Shown here piece by piece: positions 20,006-30,042 of a stretch of DNA of 64,000 nt. Source of the DNA: Dehalococcoidia bacterium. Its GTDB lineage: Bacteria > Chloroflexota > Dehalococcoidia > Plut-88900. The notes below the pieces were generated by a model. The model was not told where the DNA came from. It saw nothing but the letters and a program-made list of their open reading frames with translations, and made no database searches. Positions within the stretch are counted from its first letter, which is position 1; each line of letters begins with the position of its first letter. Made by a program: the position numbers and the translations under genes. The stretch spans positions 96,001 to 160,000 of the forward strand of contig CBDBLV010000001.1 in NCBI GenBank assembly GCA_965207225.1. The letters run 5' to 3'.

Positions 20006-20024
20006 ACCCAACCGGAGGTTCCTG

Positions 20025-20795
20025 ATGCCCAGACCCGTCCCCCGACTCACGGGCCTGTCTCTTATTCCCGCCTTGGTTTTCCTCCTGTTCTTCCTTGCAG
20101 CCTGCGGGTCCGTGTCAATAGAATTCGAGACCACAACCTCTACCCCTGCCCCCGACCCCACCCCCACGCCTGCCCCGGCTCCCACAGCTACAGTTGCACC
20201 TGTTGACACCCCCACCCCTTCCCCTCCCCCCGCCGACGATCCTCCGGGCCTCGGAAACTACGAAGGGTTCACCTACCACGTCGGCGTCGGTTCCGAGGCC
20301 ACCTTCACCGTCGAGGAAAAGCTTGCCAGCCTCCCCCTCCCAAACGACGCCGTAGTCCGCACCACCGCACTCTCCGGGGAGGTTCATTTCGACGGTCGGG
20401 CCTCCGTCATCGAAATTGACCTCCACAAGATGGAGAGCGACCAGCCCCGACGTGACCGCTATATCCGCGAGCGCATGTTCCCCAACGACCCCGTCGCCAT
20501 CTTTAGCCTCCCCACCACCCTCCCCCTCCCCGACGGCTTCTCTGACGGCGAGGAAATCACCACGGAGATTACCGGCCAGTTGGAGATTCGGGGCGTGAAG
20601 GCTCCCGTCACCTTCCAGATCGAGGCCCGGGACGATGGCGATGTAGTCCACATCCTTGGCCGCACCTCCTTCGTCTGGTCCGACTTCGATATCCCCGTCC
20701 CCAACGTCGGTACATTCGTCCGCGTTACCGACGAAGTATCCGTCGAGATTCTCCTCGCCGCCCGCCCCGCCGACCTCTGGGAGGACCACTCGTGA
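20025..20795 (+). CDS. YceI-family lipoprotein (copy 1)
   Basis: GGAGG RBS before ATG 20025; lipobox LAAC; SDQPRRDRYI and GQLEIRGV motifs. Confidence 0.85.
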   Translation: MPRPVPRLTGLSLIPALVFLLFFLAACGSVSIEFETTTSTPAPDPTPTPAPAPTATVAPVDTPTPSPPPADDPPGLGNYEGFTYHVGVGSEATFTVEEKLASLPLPNDAVVRTTALSGEVHFDGRASVIEIDLHKMESDQPRRDRYIRERMFPNDPVAIFSLPTTLPLPDGFSDGEEITTEITGQLEIRGVKAPVTFQIEARDDGDVVHILGRTSFVWSDFDIPVPNVGTFVRVTDEVSVEILLAARPADLWEDHS

Positions 20796-20850
20796 AATTC
20801 GGCCTCTTCATAAACGCTCACCACCCGCCCGGCGAGTCCGTCTCCCTCCC
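20792..20850 (+). pseudogene. Relic 5' end of the LLM gene left by tandem duplication
   Basis: Encodes VKFGLFINAHHPPGESVSL, versus MKFGLFINAQHPPGESVAL at 21672. Confidence 0.75.
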
Positions 20851-20919
20851 AGGTCGGGTCTTGTACAACCCGAGTCCTCCCTGTACCTTGACTACATACA
20901 ACGTGAAAGGAGGTCACTG

Positions 20920-21657
20920 ATGCCGAGATTCGCCCCGCGGCTCGCGGGCTCTTCCCTGGTCCCGGCTGTCATCCTCCTCCTGCTCTTTGCCGCCTGTGGC
21001 TCGGTCGAAATAGACATTGAACGCACCACATCCACCCCCGGACCTGACCCCACTCCTACCTCGGCTCCCGCACCGGCCAAAACTCCCGCTGCAAGCACAG
21101 AGCGGGATGACTCCCAGGCGCCTACCCGAGGCTCCTATAAGGGCCTCACGTACGTCGTGGGCGAAGGCTCGAAGGCCACTTTCACCGTGGAAGAAAAGCT
21201 TGCCAGCTTGCCCCTGCCCAACGATGCAGTGGTACACACTACCGCTCTCTCGGGGGACGTCAACCTCGACGGCCGACGCTCCCTTATCAAGATTGACCTT
21301 CACAAGCTGGAAAGTGACCAGTCCCGCCGGGACCGCTACATACGCGAAAGGATGTTCCCCAACGACCCCATAGCCGTCTTCACCCTGCCAACTTCCCTAC
21401 CCCTCCCCAAGGGCTTCGCAGAGGGCGAGGAAGTCACCACAGAAATTACCGGAGAGCTCGAAATTAAGGGCGTAACTGCTCCCGTCACCTTCCAGATCGA
21501 GGCACGGGATGACGGCGACGTGATCTACATCATTGGGCGGACCTCTTTCGTTTGGGAGGATTTCGGGATGACCGCGCCCCGGGTGGACAGCTTCGTTCAG
21601 GTTACCGACGAGGTCACCGTTGAAATACTGATCGCGGCCAGGCCTTACTGGGGTTGA
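20920..21657 (+). CDS. YceI-family lipoprotein (copy 2)
   Basis: AAGGAGG RBS before ATG 20920; highly similar to copy 1 (ATFTVEEKLASLPLPNDAVV identical). Confidence 0.85.
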   Translation: MPRFAPRLAGSSLVPAVILLLLFAACGSVEIDIERTTSTPGPDPTPTSAPAPAKTPAASTERDDSQAPTRGSYKGLTYVVGEGSKATFTVEEKLASLPLPNDAVVHTTALSGDVNLDGRRSLIKIDLHKLESDQSRRDRYIRERMFPNDPIAVFTLPTSLPLPKGFAEGEEVTTEITGELEIKGVTAPVTFQIEARDDGDVIYIIGRTSFVWEDFGMTAPRVDSFVQVTDEVTVEILIAARPYWG

Positions 21658-21671
21658 AGAAAGGACCGGGA

Positions 21672-22676
21672 ATGAAATTCGGCCTCTTCATCAACGCCCA
21701 GCACCCTCCCGGTGAGTCCGTTGCCCTCCGCCTCGCCGACGCCGTGGACCAGGTCCGCCTCGCCCGTGACGTCGGCTTCGATATGATCTGTGCCGGACAG
21801 CACTACCTCTCTCACCCCTACCAGATGAGCGCCATCATCCCCCTCCTCGCCCGCCTCACGGCGGAGGCCGAAGGCATGGAGATTGCGCCTACCGTCCTCC
21901 TCCTCCCCCTCCTCAACCCAGTGGACATCGCCGAAACCTCCGCCACCCTCGACGCCATGTCCGGTGGCCGCTTCATTCTCGGTGTGGGCATCGGCTACCG
22001 GGACGAGGAATACACCGCCTTCGGTGTCAAACGCTCAGAGCGCATCGGACGCCTCAACGAAGCCCTCGAAATCATCCGTCTCCTCTGGACTCAGGATGAA
22101 GTCGAATACCAAGGCAAGTATTACCAGGTCCCGAGAGTGAAGGTCGCCACCCATCCTGTGCAGAAGCCCCACCCTCCCATCTGGGTCGCCGCCAACGGGC
22201 CTCCGGCCATCGCCCGAGCCGCCCGCTGGGGCTATCCCTGGGTCATAAACCCCCACGCCACCATCGGCATGATCAAGGACCAGCTCGACTACTACCGACA
22301 AGTTGCTGCAGAAGCCGGCCAACGAGTCCCGGAAAGAATGCCCATGATGCGGGAGCTATACGTCGCCCCCGACTCCGCTGCCGCCTACTCCGAAAGCCGT
22401 CCCTACTTGGAAAGCAAGTACGCTGCCTACGCCTCCTGGGGCCAGGACAAGGCCCTCCCCGAAGGCGAGTCCTTTTCCGTTCCCTTCGACGAGCTCGCCC
22501 GGGACCGCTTCCTCATCGGCAACCCCGAGGAAGTGGTCAACGAAATCTGCCGCTACCGCGACGAACTCGGCGTCAACCACCTCAACTTCCGTCTCCAGTG
22601 GCCCGGCACACCCCACGCCAACGCCATGCGCCAACTGGAGCTGCTGGGCAAAGAAGTACTGCCCCATTTCCGCTAG
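21672..22676 (+). CDS. LLM-class flavin-dependent oxidoreductase
   Basis: MKFGLF, GQHY, LDAMSGGRFILGVGIGYR.EE and PVQKPHPPIW motifs. Confidence 0.92.
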   Translation: MKFGLFINAQHPPGESVALRLADAVDQVRLARDVGFDMICAGQHYLSHPYQMSAIIPLLARLTAEAEGMEIAPTVLLLPLLNPVDIAETSATLDAMSGGRFILGVGIGYRDEEYTAFGVKRSERIGRLNEALEIIRLLWTQDEVEYQGKYYQVPRVKVATHPVQKPHPPIWVAANGPPAIARAARWGYPWVINPHATIGMIKDQLDYYRQVAAEAGQRVPERMPMMRELYVAPDSAAAYSESRPYLESKYAAYASWGQDKALPEGESFSVPFDELARDRFLIGNPEEVVNEICRYRDELGVNHLNFRLQWPGTPHANAMRQLELLGKEVLPHFR

Positions 22677-22694
22677 TCTTCAAGGAGGACTCAA

Positions 22695-23153
22695 ATGGCC
22701 CTGGCCAACAAGATAAACCCATTCCTCTGGTTAGATGGAAGGGCCAAAGAAGCAGCCAACTTTTACGTCTCCATCTTCAAAGATGCGAATATCCTTAACG
22801 TCTCCCAGCTAGAGGCAGGCCCCGCCGAAGGAAACCATTTCGTTGAATTCGAACTGGAGGGACTCAAGTTTGCCGCTGTCGATGCCCTGCCCGCATTCGA
22901 CTTCACCCCCGCCATCTCCTTCGTGGTCTCTTGCGACACCCAGGAAGAGATCGACCATTTCTGGGAGTCGCTTTCCGAGGGAGGCGAGAAGGAACAATGC
23001 GGCTGGCTGAAGGACAAGTTCGGCATCTCCTGGCAGATAGTTCCTTCCCTCATGCCCAAACTCATGGCAAAGGCCCAGAAGGAAGTGATCGAAGTCCTCC
23101 TCCCGATGAAGAAAATCGAAATAGCCAAGCTACGTGAAGCCGCAGGGTTGTAG
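22695..23153 (+). CDS. VOC family protein (PhnB/3-dmu-9_3-mt-like)
   Basis: INPFLW, FTPAISF and QCGWLKDKFGISWQI motifs. Confidence 0.9.
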   Translation: MALANKINPFLWLDGRAKEAANFYVSIFKDANILNVSQLEAGPAEGNHFVEFELEGLKFAAVDALPAFDFTPAISFVVSCDTQEEIDHFWESLSEGGEKEQCGWLKDKFGISWQIVPSLMPKLMAKAQKEVIEVLLPMKKIEIAKLREAAGL

Positions 23154-23159
23154 ACAAAA

Positions 23160-24107
23160 ATGACCAACCTGCTCATCAGAGACCGCACCGCCGTCGGCAT
23201 AGCCGTCCCCCAGATGTTCCCCCCAGGCCCCACCGACCTCGGCCTCATCAAGGACCACCTGACCCTCGTCGAAGAACTCGGTTACGAAAGCGTCTGGACC
23301 CAGCACGGCGTATTCGCCACTGCGCCCAACCTCGATCCCTTCACCCTCCTCTCTTACGCCGCCTCCTACACCAACTCCATCAAGCTTGGCATATCCGTAG
23401 TCGTCCTCCCCTACCACGATCCCGTGAACGTGGCCAAGCTGTCCGCCAGCGTCGACCAGATATCCGGCGGCCGCTTCATCCTGGGTGTCGGCATCGGCGG
23501 CGATGGGGAGGCCTACCCCGCCTTCGGGTTTGACGAATCCCACAGAGTCACCCGATTCGAAGACGCCATAACCCTGATCCGCCGCCTCTGGTCCGAGCCT
23601 TCCGTCGATTTCGAAAACCAATTCTGGAAACTGGATAACATCTCCGTAAATCCCAAACCCGTGCAGAAGCCAGGCATCCCTATCCTATTCGGCGCATCCG
23701 CCCCCTCCGCCGTCGAGCGCGCCGCCAGGATGGGCGACGGCTTCATGGGTGCCGGCGCAGCCAATGCATCTGACATCGCCGCCTTCAGAAAAGTTCTCGT
23801 CAACCTCCGCAATGCCCTCCAAAAACACGGCCGGGACCCGAGCGCCTACCCCATCTCTAAACGCGTTTACCTCGCCATAGATAACGACAGGGAATCGGCG
23901 GAGCGCAAGATCCAGGAGTGGTTCGTTGACCACTACCACAGTGCCGAACTCGGCATGACCGTCTCCCTCATCGGCTCCGTTGATGAGATCGTGGACAAGC
24001 TCGGCCCTCTGGTCGACGAAGGCCTGGACATGATTATGTTCAACCCCGTCTACAACCTCATCGAGCACGCCCAGGTCATTGCCGAACGCGTCGTCCCCCA
24101 GCTCTAA
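23160..24107 (+). CDS. LLM-class flavin-dependent oxidoreductase
   Basis: LGYESVW, VDQISGGRFILGVGIG and PKPVQKP motifs. Confidence 0.9.
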   Translation: MTNLLIRDRTAVGIAVPQMFPPGPTDLGLIKDHLTLVEELGYESVWTQHGVFATAPNLDPFTLLSYAASYTNSIKLGISVVVLPYHDPVNVAKLSASVDQISGGRFILGVGIGGDGEAYPAFGFDESHRVTRFEDAITLIRRLWSEPSVDFENQFWKLDNISVNPKPVQKPGIPILFGASAPSAVERAARMGDGFMGAGAANASDIAAFRKVLVNLRNALQKHGRDPSAYPISKRVYLAIDNDRESAERKIQEWFVDHYHSAELGMTVSLIGSVDEIVDKLGPLVDEGLDMIMFNPVYNLIEHAQVIAERVVPQL

Positions 24108-24155
24108 CCTCCCGTCATTCCGGCCCCTGATCCATAGTCCATCCCTGGTGTGGGT

Positions 24156-24200
24156 GTTCCGTTCGCCCTGAGCTGAGTCGAAGGGTCAACCGAACGGAAC
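24156..24200. repeat. REP-like palindrome (CCTGAGC..GTCGAAGG family)
   Basis: 10-bp stem GTTCCGTTCG/CGAACGGAAC enclosing CCCTGAGCTGAGTCGAAGGG; related cores near 26158 and 35883. Confidence 0.7.
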
Positions 24201-24292
24201 GGGGCAGAGGTTCCCCTCCACGTGCAGGAAACCCCAATGCCTGCTATCATCTACCCCGCTTTACTCACGACCACCCTCAGGAGACCCCTGCC

Positions 24293-25783
24293 ATGCAGAC
24301 CCTTGCCCAGTTGCTTGACTCCGGCGCCCCGGAAAAAGCTGCCATCGTCGTCCCCGGCGGCCCGACCCTCACCTACGCCGGGCTCCATGACCAGGTCGAG
24401 CATTTGGCTTCTGCACTGTCCAACGCGGGCCTTGCCCGAGGCCAGGCCGCATCCATAGTCCTCGGCAACGACATCCGGTTCGTAACCACCTTCCTCGCCG
24501 TGGCCCGACTCGGCGCCGTTGCCGCCCCCCTCAACCCCAACTACACCGAGGACGAGTACCGCTTCTACATGGAAGACGCCGGCGCTTCCCTCGCCGTTCT
24601 CCCCCCCGAAGACCACCCCGCCCGTGCCGCCGCCCAGGGACTTGGACTCCCGTGTATTGAGGCCCTGGACTCGGGCGACGGGACCGTCCGCCTTGAAAAA
24701 GAAGGCGTAGCCCTCCAGGCCGAGGGCCAGCCCGATGGCCCCACCCCCGACGATATAGCCCTCTTCCTCCATACCAGCGGTACCACCAGCCACCCCAAAG
24801 GCGTTCCCCTCAGCCACGCTAACCTCGCCGCCTCACTGGACAACATCGTCGGCACCTACGGTCTCTCCGAAGAGGACAACGCCCTGATGATTATGCCCCT
24901 CTTCCACGTCCACGGCCTCATTGGCGTCCTCTTTTCCACCCTTGCCAGCGGCGGCACGAATATTGTTCCCAGCCGCTTCAGCGCCAGCAACTTCTGGCCC
25001 GTAGCTCGAGACCACGCCGCCACCTGGTTCTCCGGCGTCCCGACCATGCACCAGATCCTCCTCACCCGCGCCGACAGCGACAACGCCCCCCGGGGCACGT
25101 TCCGCTTCATGCGCTCCTGCAGCGCCGCCCTCGCCCCGACCGTAATCGAAGGCCTCGAGGCCCGTTTCGACTCCCCCGTCCTTGAGGCCTACGGCATGAC
25201 CGAGGCCTCCCACCAGATGTCCTCCAACCCCCTGCCACCGGGAGAGCGATTCGCCGGGACTGTGGGCAAGGGCACCGGCGTGCAGATTGCCATTATGGAC
25301 GAGGCCGGCGCCAAACTCCCGGACGGCGAGCGTGGCGAGGTCGTCATCAAGGGCCCCAACGTCATGGGCGGCTACCGCAACAACCCCGAGGCCAACGCCT
25401 CCTCCTTCACCGATGGCTGGTTCCGCACCGGCGACCAGGGCTTCATCGACACCCTCGGCTACCTCAGCATCACCGGCCGACTTAAGGAACTGATAAACCG
25501 CGGCGGCGAGAAAATCTCACCCCTGGAGGTCGACGCCGTCCTCGCCCAGCACCCTGCCGTCCAGGATGCCATCTGCTTCGGTGTGCCCGACGTCAAGTAC
25601 GGCGAAGAGGTGCACGCCGCCGTCGTCCTGAGCGCTGACGCCTCCCAGGAAGACATCCAGTCCTTCTGCCAGAAGCACCTCATCGACTTCAAAGTCCCCA
25701 AGACCGTCCACATCGTCGACTCCCTCCCCCGCACCGCCACCGGCAAAATCCAGCGCAGAAACGTCGCCGCCCAGTTCAGCTAG
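24293..25783 (+). CDS. Acyl-CoA synthetase / AMP-binding enzyme (oxalate-CoA ligase-like)
   Basis: LHTSGTTSHPKG, EAYGMTE, WFRTGD and LPRTATGKIQR motifs. Confidence 0.92.
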   Translation: MQTLAQLLDSGAPEKAAIVVPGGPTLTYAGLHDQVEHLASALSNAGLARGQAASIVLGNDIRFVTTFLAVARLGAVAAPLNPNYTEDEYRFYMEDAGASLAVLPPEDHPARAAAQGLGLPCIEALDSGDGTVRLEKEGVALQAEGQPDGPTPDDIALFLHTSGTTSHPKGVPLSHANLAASLDNIVGTYGLSEEDNALMIMPLFHVHGLIGVLFSTLASGGTNIVPSRFSASNFWPVARDHAATWFSGVPTMHQILLTRADSDNAPRGTFRFMRSCSAALAPTVIEGLEARFDSPVLEAYGMTEASHQMSSNPLPPGERFAGTVGKGTGVQIAIMDEAGAKLPDGERGEVVIKGPNVMGGYRNNPEANASSFTDGWFRTGDQGFIDTLGYLSITGRLKELINRGGEKISPLEVDAVLAQHPAVQDAICFGVPDVKYGEEVHAAVVLSADASQEDIQSFCQKHLIDFKVPKTVHIVDSLPRTATGKIQRRNVAAQFS

Positions 25784-25795
25784 GACGCCATTACC

Positions 25796-25984
25796 ATGCA
25801 GCAAAACTATCGCCCCTGGTCCCGAGTCTTCACTCTCGCAGTAGCCGTCACCCTGCTTATAATCATCGCCACAGCCATCATCAACCCCCTCTTCGACCGC
25901 GTGGTCAATTGGGGAATGCTCGCCGTCGTTTCCCTGCTGATTTTCGGTGTCCTGGTCGTCGCATTCCGCCGCCGCTGGTTCTAG
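25796..25984 (+). CDS. Small two-TM membrane protein
   Basis: 62-aa ORF with two hydrophobic helices and a basic C-terminus, directly after the ligase. Confidence 0.55.
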   Translation: MQQNYRPWSRVFTLAVAVTLLIIIATAIINPLFDRVVNWGMLAVVSLLIFGVLVVAFRRRWF

Positions 25985-26049
25985 CAGCTGTGCCATCCGA
26001 CCCTTGCGCCCCGACGCCATCCCCCCATATCCTGTCCCCAATGACACCC

Positions 26050-26178
26050 CCGCAACACACCTATGCCGTCATTCCTGCGGAGGCAGGAATCCATCCCGGG
26101 CCGCAACACACGTACCAACTTGGCAACCCACCCCCTCCCCGGTGTGGGGCCACTCGTCCTGAGCGGAGTCGAAGGGTC
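26050..26178. repeat. Cluster of REP-like palindromes
   Basis: CCGTCATTCCTGCGGAGGCAGGAATCCA, flanked by the 11-bp direct repeat CCGCAACACAC (26050, 26101), plus CCTGAGCGGAGTCGAAGGG. Confidence 0.65.
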
Positions 26179-26369
26179 TCAAGAGCGGAAAGGTCGCGGT
26201 GCCCCGTACCCCTAGCTCTCGCAGTTATGCAAATCCCACCCGGAGGAAAGAGGGCCGGAGTCTACCCCATCCCCGCCCCCAACAAGAATCTCTCCCTTAA
26301 ACAATCAAACCCGTGCCTGAAATGGCAAATCAATCAAACCTGCACCCCTCCCTCCGAAAGGAGCCGTAA

Positions 26370-27194
26370 ATGGAGCTAGCCCCCGGCCTTCACTCCCTCC
26401 ACGTCGACATCGAAGGGTCCTTTTTCTTCCGTAACTACCCGCCCAACGCCTACCTTCTCACCCACGGTGAAGGCGCCCTCATCGACACCGGAAACGGCGA
26501 TGATCACTCCATCAGCAGCCGCCTCGACCAACTCAAGGAACTCGGCAACCCCGACTTCCGATACATCATCCTCACCCACCCCCACCCCGACCACCTTGGC
26601 GGCGCCGAAAGGCTCAAGCAGCTCACCGGCGCCCGCCTCCTCATCCACGCCGATGACGCCAACACCGCCAACGAAGAGTTTGAAAACACCCGCATCGACG
26701 AAACCCTTAATGACGGCGACGTTATCGACCTCGGTGGCCTGGAACTCGAAATGGTCCACACCCCGGGCCACACCCACGGCCATACCTGCATCCTCAACCG
26801 TACCGACCGCTCCCTATTCACCGGCGACCACATCCTCGGCACCGGCACCACCGCCGTCAGCCCCGACCGCGGCGACATGGCCAGGTATATCGACTCCCTG
26901 CGCAAGCTCCAACCCCTGGACATAAGCGCCCTTTACCCGGGCCACGGCGCCCCCGTCAAACAGCCGCAGGCCAAGATTAAGGAACTCCTCGACCACCGCC
27001 TCGAGCGGGAACGCCAGATCATCGGCTTCCTCTCGGAGGGCCGAAGCACCGTCGACAGCCTCGTCAAGGCCATCTATCCTGAACTCGACCAGGACCTCCT
27101 CTCCGAGGCCCAGGGCCAGGTCAAAGTCCACCTCATCAAACTCATCAACGAGTCCAGAGTCCAGTCCCACGGAGACACCTACACCCTGGTCTAA
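26370..27194 (+). CDS. MBL-fold metallo-hydrolase (LACTB2-like)
   Basis: THPHPDHLGG, HTPGHT.GH, FTGDH and YPGHG motifs. Confidence 0.92.
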   Translation: MELAPGLHSLHVDIEGSFFFRNYPPNAYLLTHGEGALIDTGNGDDHSISSRLDQLKELGNPDFRYIILTHPHPDHLGGAERLKQLTGARLLIHADDANTANEEFENTRIDETLNDGDVIDLGGLELEMVHTPGHTHGHTCILNRTDRSLFTGDHILGTGTTAVSPDRGDMARYIDSLRKLQPLDISALYPGHGAPVKQPQAKIKELLDHRLERERQIIGFLSEGRSTVDSLVKAIYPELDQDLLSEAQGQVKVHLIKLINESRVQSHGDTYTLV

Positions 27195-27282
27195 TCCCTA
27201 TCCCTCATACCTCCCGTAGGGGTGACCGGCGGGTCGCCCTCCCCGGTACGGGCCCCTCTCACCCTAGGTATGGAACTCAGAA

Positions 27283-27304
27283 CATGACCATGGTCATGAC
27301 CATG
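27283..27304. promoter_or_regulatory. Probable TA autorepression operator
   Basis: Two overlapping perfect 16-bp palindromes, CATGACCATGGTCATG and CATGGTCATGACCATG, just upstream of the antitoxin. Confidence 0.55.
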
Positions 27305-27340
27305 TTATTATGTAGTCATCCTCTCATCGGGAACACCGCA

Positions 27341-27622
27341 ATGAACACACGAGATGACATAGCTACGGGTCTCAGGACCATTAAGGCCTCAGAGTTCAAG
27401 GCCAAGTGCCTCAAGCTCATGGACGAAGTTGCCGAGACCGGGCAGGACATCGTCATTACCAAGAACGGCCGCCCCGTCTCCCGACTTACACCCTACCGCA
27501 AGCCCCCCCACACCTTCTTCGGCGCAGACAAGGGCAAAATCAAAATCCTCGGCGATATCGTCTCCCCTATGCCGGCCGAGTGGTTCGAAGACCCCGAGGA
27601 ACGTGATCAGGACCTCTTTTGA
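27341..27622 (+). CDS. Phd/YefM-family antitoxin
   Basis: TIKASEFKAKCLKLMDEV...IVITKNGRPV; overlaps the toxin start. Confidence 0.92.
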   Translation: MNTRDDIATGLRTIKASEFKAKCLKLMDEVAETGQDIVITKNGRPVSRLTPYRKPPHTFFGADKGKIKILGDIVSPMPAEWFEDPEERDQDLF

Positions 27623-28017
27623 TACTCCTTGACACCCACGTCGTCATCTGGCTGCGTACGGGCGACCGAAGGCTGGGACGCCGGTCGCGGCGTGAAATCG
27701 AAGTGAGGCTGCAAGAGGGCAATGCTGCAATTTCTGCCATTTCCTTCTGGGAGGCCGGGATGCGAGCCCAAAAGGGTAGGCTCAACCTTGGACAGCATCT
27801 GGATTCGTGGAGAGAAGACGTCATCCAGAATGGCATCGTTGAAATTCCCGTCAATGGCGTTATAGCTGCTCGGGCAGCTCTCCTGACCGGAATGCACGGA
27901 GACCCTGCAGATCGCATCATCGTCGCCACCGCCCTCGAAGGCCACCGACTCCTCACCGCCGACGACCGCATCCTCCGCTGGTCAGGCCAGCTCAGCACCC
28001 TCGACGCCCGCACCTGA
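27619..28017 (+). CDS. vapC: PIN-domain toxin (VapC family)
   Basis: LLDTH, ISAISFWE, HGDPADRIIVATA and LLTAD motifs. Confidence 0.93.
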   Translation: MILLDTHVVIWLRTGDRRLGRRSRREIEVRLQEGNAAISAISFWEAGMRAQKGRLNLGQHLDSWREDVIQNGIVEIPVNGVIAARAALLTGMHGDPADRIIVATALEGHRLLTADDRILRWSGQLSTLDART

Positions 28018-28074
28018 CCCCCGTATCCGTGCCCTACCCATAGGGGCCCCTCGCCCCGTGTTATCATCCCCCCA

Positions 28075-29085
28075 ATGCAAGTTGGCAAGCTCCCTCCCGA
28101 CCTCCTCCACAAGCTCCTCTCCTCCTCCCCACCCACCGACCCCCGGGTCCTCATTGGCCCGGGCATCGGCGAGGACGCCGCCGTAATCTCCATGTCCGAC
28201 GACCGCGTCCTCGTTGCCAAGACCGACCCCATTACATTCGCCTCCAACGAAATCGGCTGGTACGCCGTCCACGTCAACGCCAATGACATCGCCGCCACGG
28301 GCGCCGAGCCGCGCTGGTTCCTCGCAACCCTCCTCGTCCCCGAGGATATGCCCCAGGCCCGGGTCGAAGACGCCTTCCGTCAGATCTCCAACGCCTGCGC
28401 CGACATCGGAGTCTCCCTCATCGGTGGCCACACCGAGATCACCTACGACATCAACCGGCCCATCGTCATGGGCGCCATGCTCGGCGAAGCCCACCCCTCC
28501 GACCTCACCCCCACCTCCGCCGCCCAGGTCGGAGACGCAGTCCTGCTGACCAAGGCCATCGCCATCGAGGGTTCCTCCGTCCTGGCCCGGGAGTCCGCCC
28601 CGCCCCTATTTGCCAGGGGCATTAGCGGAGATGCCGTTGAACAGGCCAGCGTCTTCCTCTACGACCCCGGCATCAGCGTCCTCAAGGACTCCCGTATCGC
28701 TCGGGCCGCGGCAAAAGTTCATGCAATGCACGACCCCACCGAGGGCGGCCTCGTAACTGGTCTTCGAGAGATCGGTTGGGCCTCCGGCACGGGTGTCCGC
28801 CTGGACCTCCCCTCCGTGCCCATCCTCCCCGACTCCCTCGCATTCTGCCGCGCCCTCTCTCTGGATCCCCTCGGCCTCCTCGCCTCCGGTGCCCTCCTCG
28901 TCACCCTCCCCCCCGAGAACGTCGCCTCCGTAGCCTCCGCCCTGGAAGCCGCTTGCATCCCCGTCACCCGCATTGGAGAAATCACGCCCCCGGAGGACGG
29001 CTTCGTTATGATCACCCCCGAAGGCGAACGCGAAATGCCTGACTTCCCCATCGACGAACTGGCCCGCTTCCTCTCATCCCAATGA
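28075..29085 (+). CDS. AIR synthase-related (PurM/HypE-like) family protein
   Basis: GPGIGEDAA, DPITF, NANDIA, GGHTE and MHDPTEGG motifs. Confidence 0.88.
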   Translation: MQVGKLPPDLLHKLLSSSPPTDPRVLIGPGIGEDAAVISMSDDRVLVAKTDPITFASNEIGWYAVHVNANDIAATGAEPRWFLATLLVPEDMPQARVEDAFRQISNACADIGVSLIGGHTEITYDINRPIVMGAMLGEAHPSDLTPTSAAQVGDAVLLTKAIAIEGSSVLARESAPPLFARGISGDAVEQASVFLYDPGISVLKDSRIARAAAKVHAMHDPTEGGLVTGLREIGWASGTGVRLDLPSVPILPDSLAFCRALSLDPLGLLASGALLVTLPPENVASVASALEAACIPVTRIGEITPPEDGFVMITPEGEREMPDFPIDELARFLSSQ

Positions 29086-29924
29086 CCTACAAACTCCTCG
29101 CCCTCGATATCGACGGCACCATCTACGAACGTATTACCGATACTTCCCTCACCGAGCGAACAAAGCGGGCCATCGCCCGTGTCATGGAGACCGGCGCGGG
29201 CGTTACCCTTGCCACTGGACGCACCTACAACTCCGCCCTCCATTTCAGCCGGGACCTGGGTCTCACCCTCCCCATCATCTGCTACCAGGGCTCCTTCACG
29301 TCCAACCCCGTCACGCATGAAATAGTCCGCGAGACCCCCGTCCCCCTACCCCTCGCCCATCGCCTCATACGCCTGCTCAAGGCCCAGGGACTGAACCCCT
29401 ATGTCTACGTCCGGGACCATTTCTACGTGCAGGAAATTACCGAGGCCGTCCGCCAATCGGAGAAATACCTCAAGATTAAGGCTGAACTCCTGACCGACCT
29501 CATCCGCGACGTAACCGAACCACCCACCAAGATAGTCGTCACCGGCGACGCCGAGGTCATCGGTGGTGTCCAGGCCTTGGTCGATTCCCACTTCAACGGC
29601 GACATCGCCGCCATGCACACCTACGACTACCTCTGCGAAATCGGCCACCCCGACGGCAGCAAGGGCGCAGCCCTCCAGCACCTCGCCGACTCCCTCGGCG
29701 TGAAGAGAGAGGAAGTCGTCGCCGTCGGCGACAGCCCCAACGACGTCGACATGATCCAGTGGGCGGGACTCGGCGTGGCCATGGGCAACGCCCCCGACAA
29801 GGTCAAGTCTTCTGCCGACCACGTCACCCTCCCCGCCTCCAACCACGGCGTAGCCCTCCTCCTCGAAACCCTCCTCTCCGAAAACCGCTTCACCCCCCTC
29901 CCCTTTCCCCGAGTACCAAACTAG
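29082..29924 (+). CDS. Cof-type HAD-IIB hydrolase
   Basis: ALDIDGT, LATGR, SKG and GDSPND..M motifs. Confidence 0.93.
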   Translation: MTYKLLALDIDGTIYERITDTSLTERTKRAIARVMETGAGVTLATGRTYNSALHFSRDLGLTLPIICYQGSFTSNPVTHEIVRETPVPLPLAHRLIRLLKAQGLNPYVYVRDHFYVQEITEAVRQSEKYLKIKAELLTDLIRDVTEPPTKIVVTGDAEVIGGVQALVDSHFNGDIAAMHTYDYLCEIGHPDGSKGAALQHLADSLGVKREEVVAVGDSPNDVDMIQWAGLGVAMGNAPDKVKSSADHVTLPASNHGVALLLETLLSENRFTPLPFPRVPN

Positions 29925-30028
29925 AGGCAGACGCCTGCGGCTTGGCGCAGGCGTCTGCCTCTGTTTTTCCTCCCCCTCTCCCTTGAAGGTCCTAAGGGAG
30001 AGGGAGACCAAGGGGGTGAGGGTTCCCT
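29912..30028. repeat. Composite REP-like element, copy A
   Basis: AGTACCAAACT + 17-bp perfect hairpin + CCCTCTCCC..GGGAGAGGG..GGGGTGAGGGTTCCC; near-identical copy at 41009. Confidence 0.85.
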
Positions 30029-30042
30029 GGGGCTGTGAGGGG

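Noticed and set aside
25909-26379. 156-aa ORF in the track
   Set aside because: It runs through REP-like palindromes (VIPAEAGIH, RPERSRR translations) and overlaps real genes; likely spurious.
28075-29085. Calling the gene hypE (hydrogenase maturation)
   Set aside because: No hydrogenase genes nearby and no C-terminal PRIC motif.
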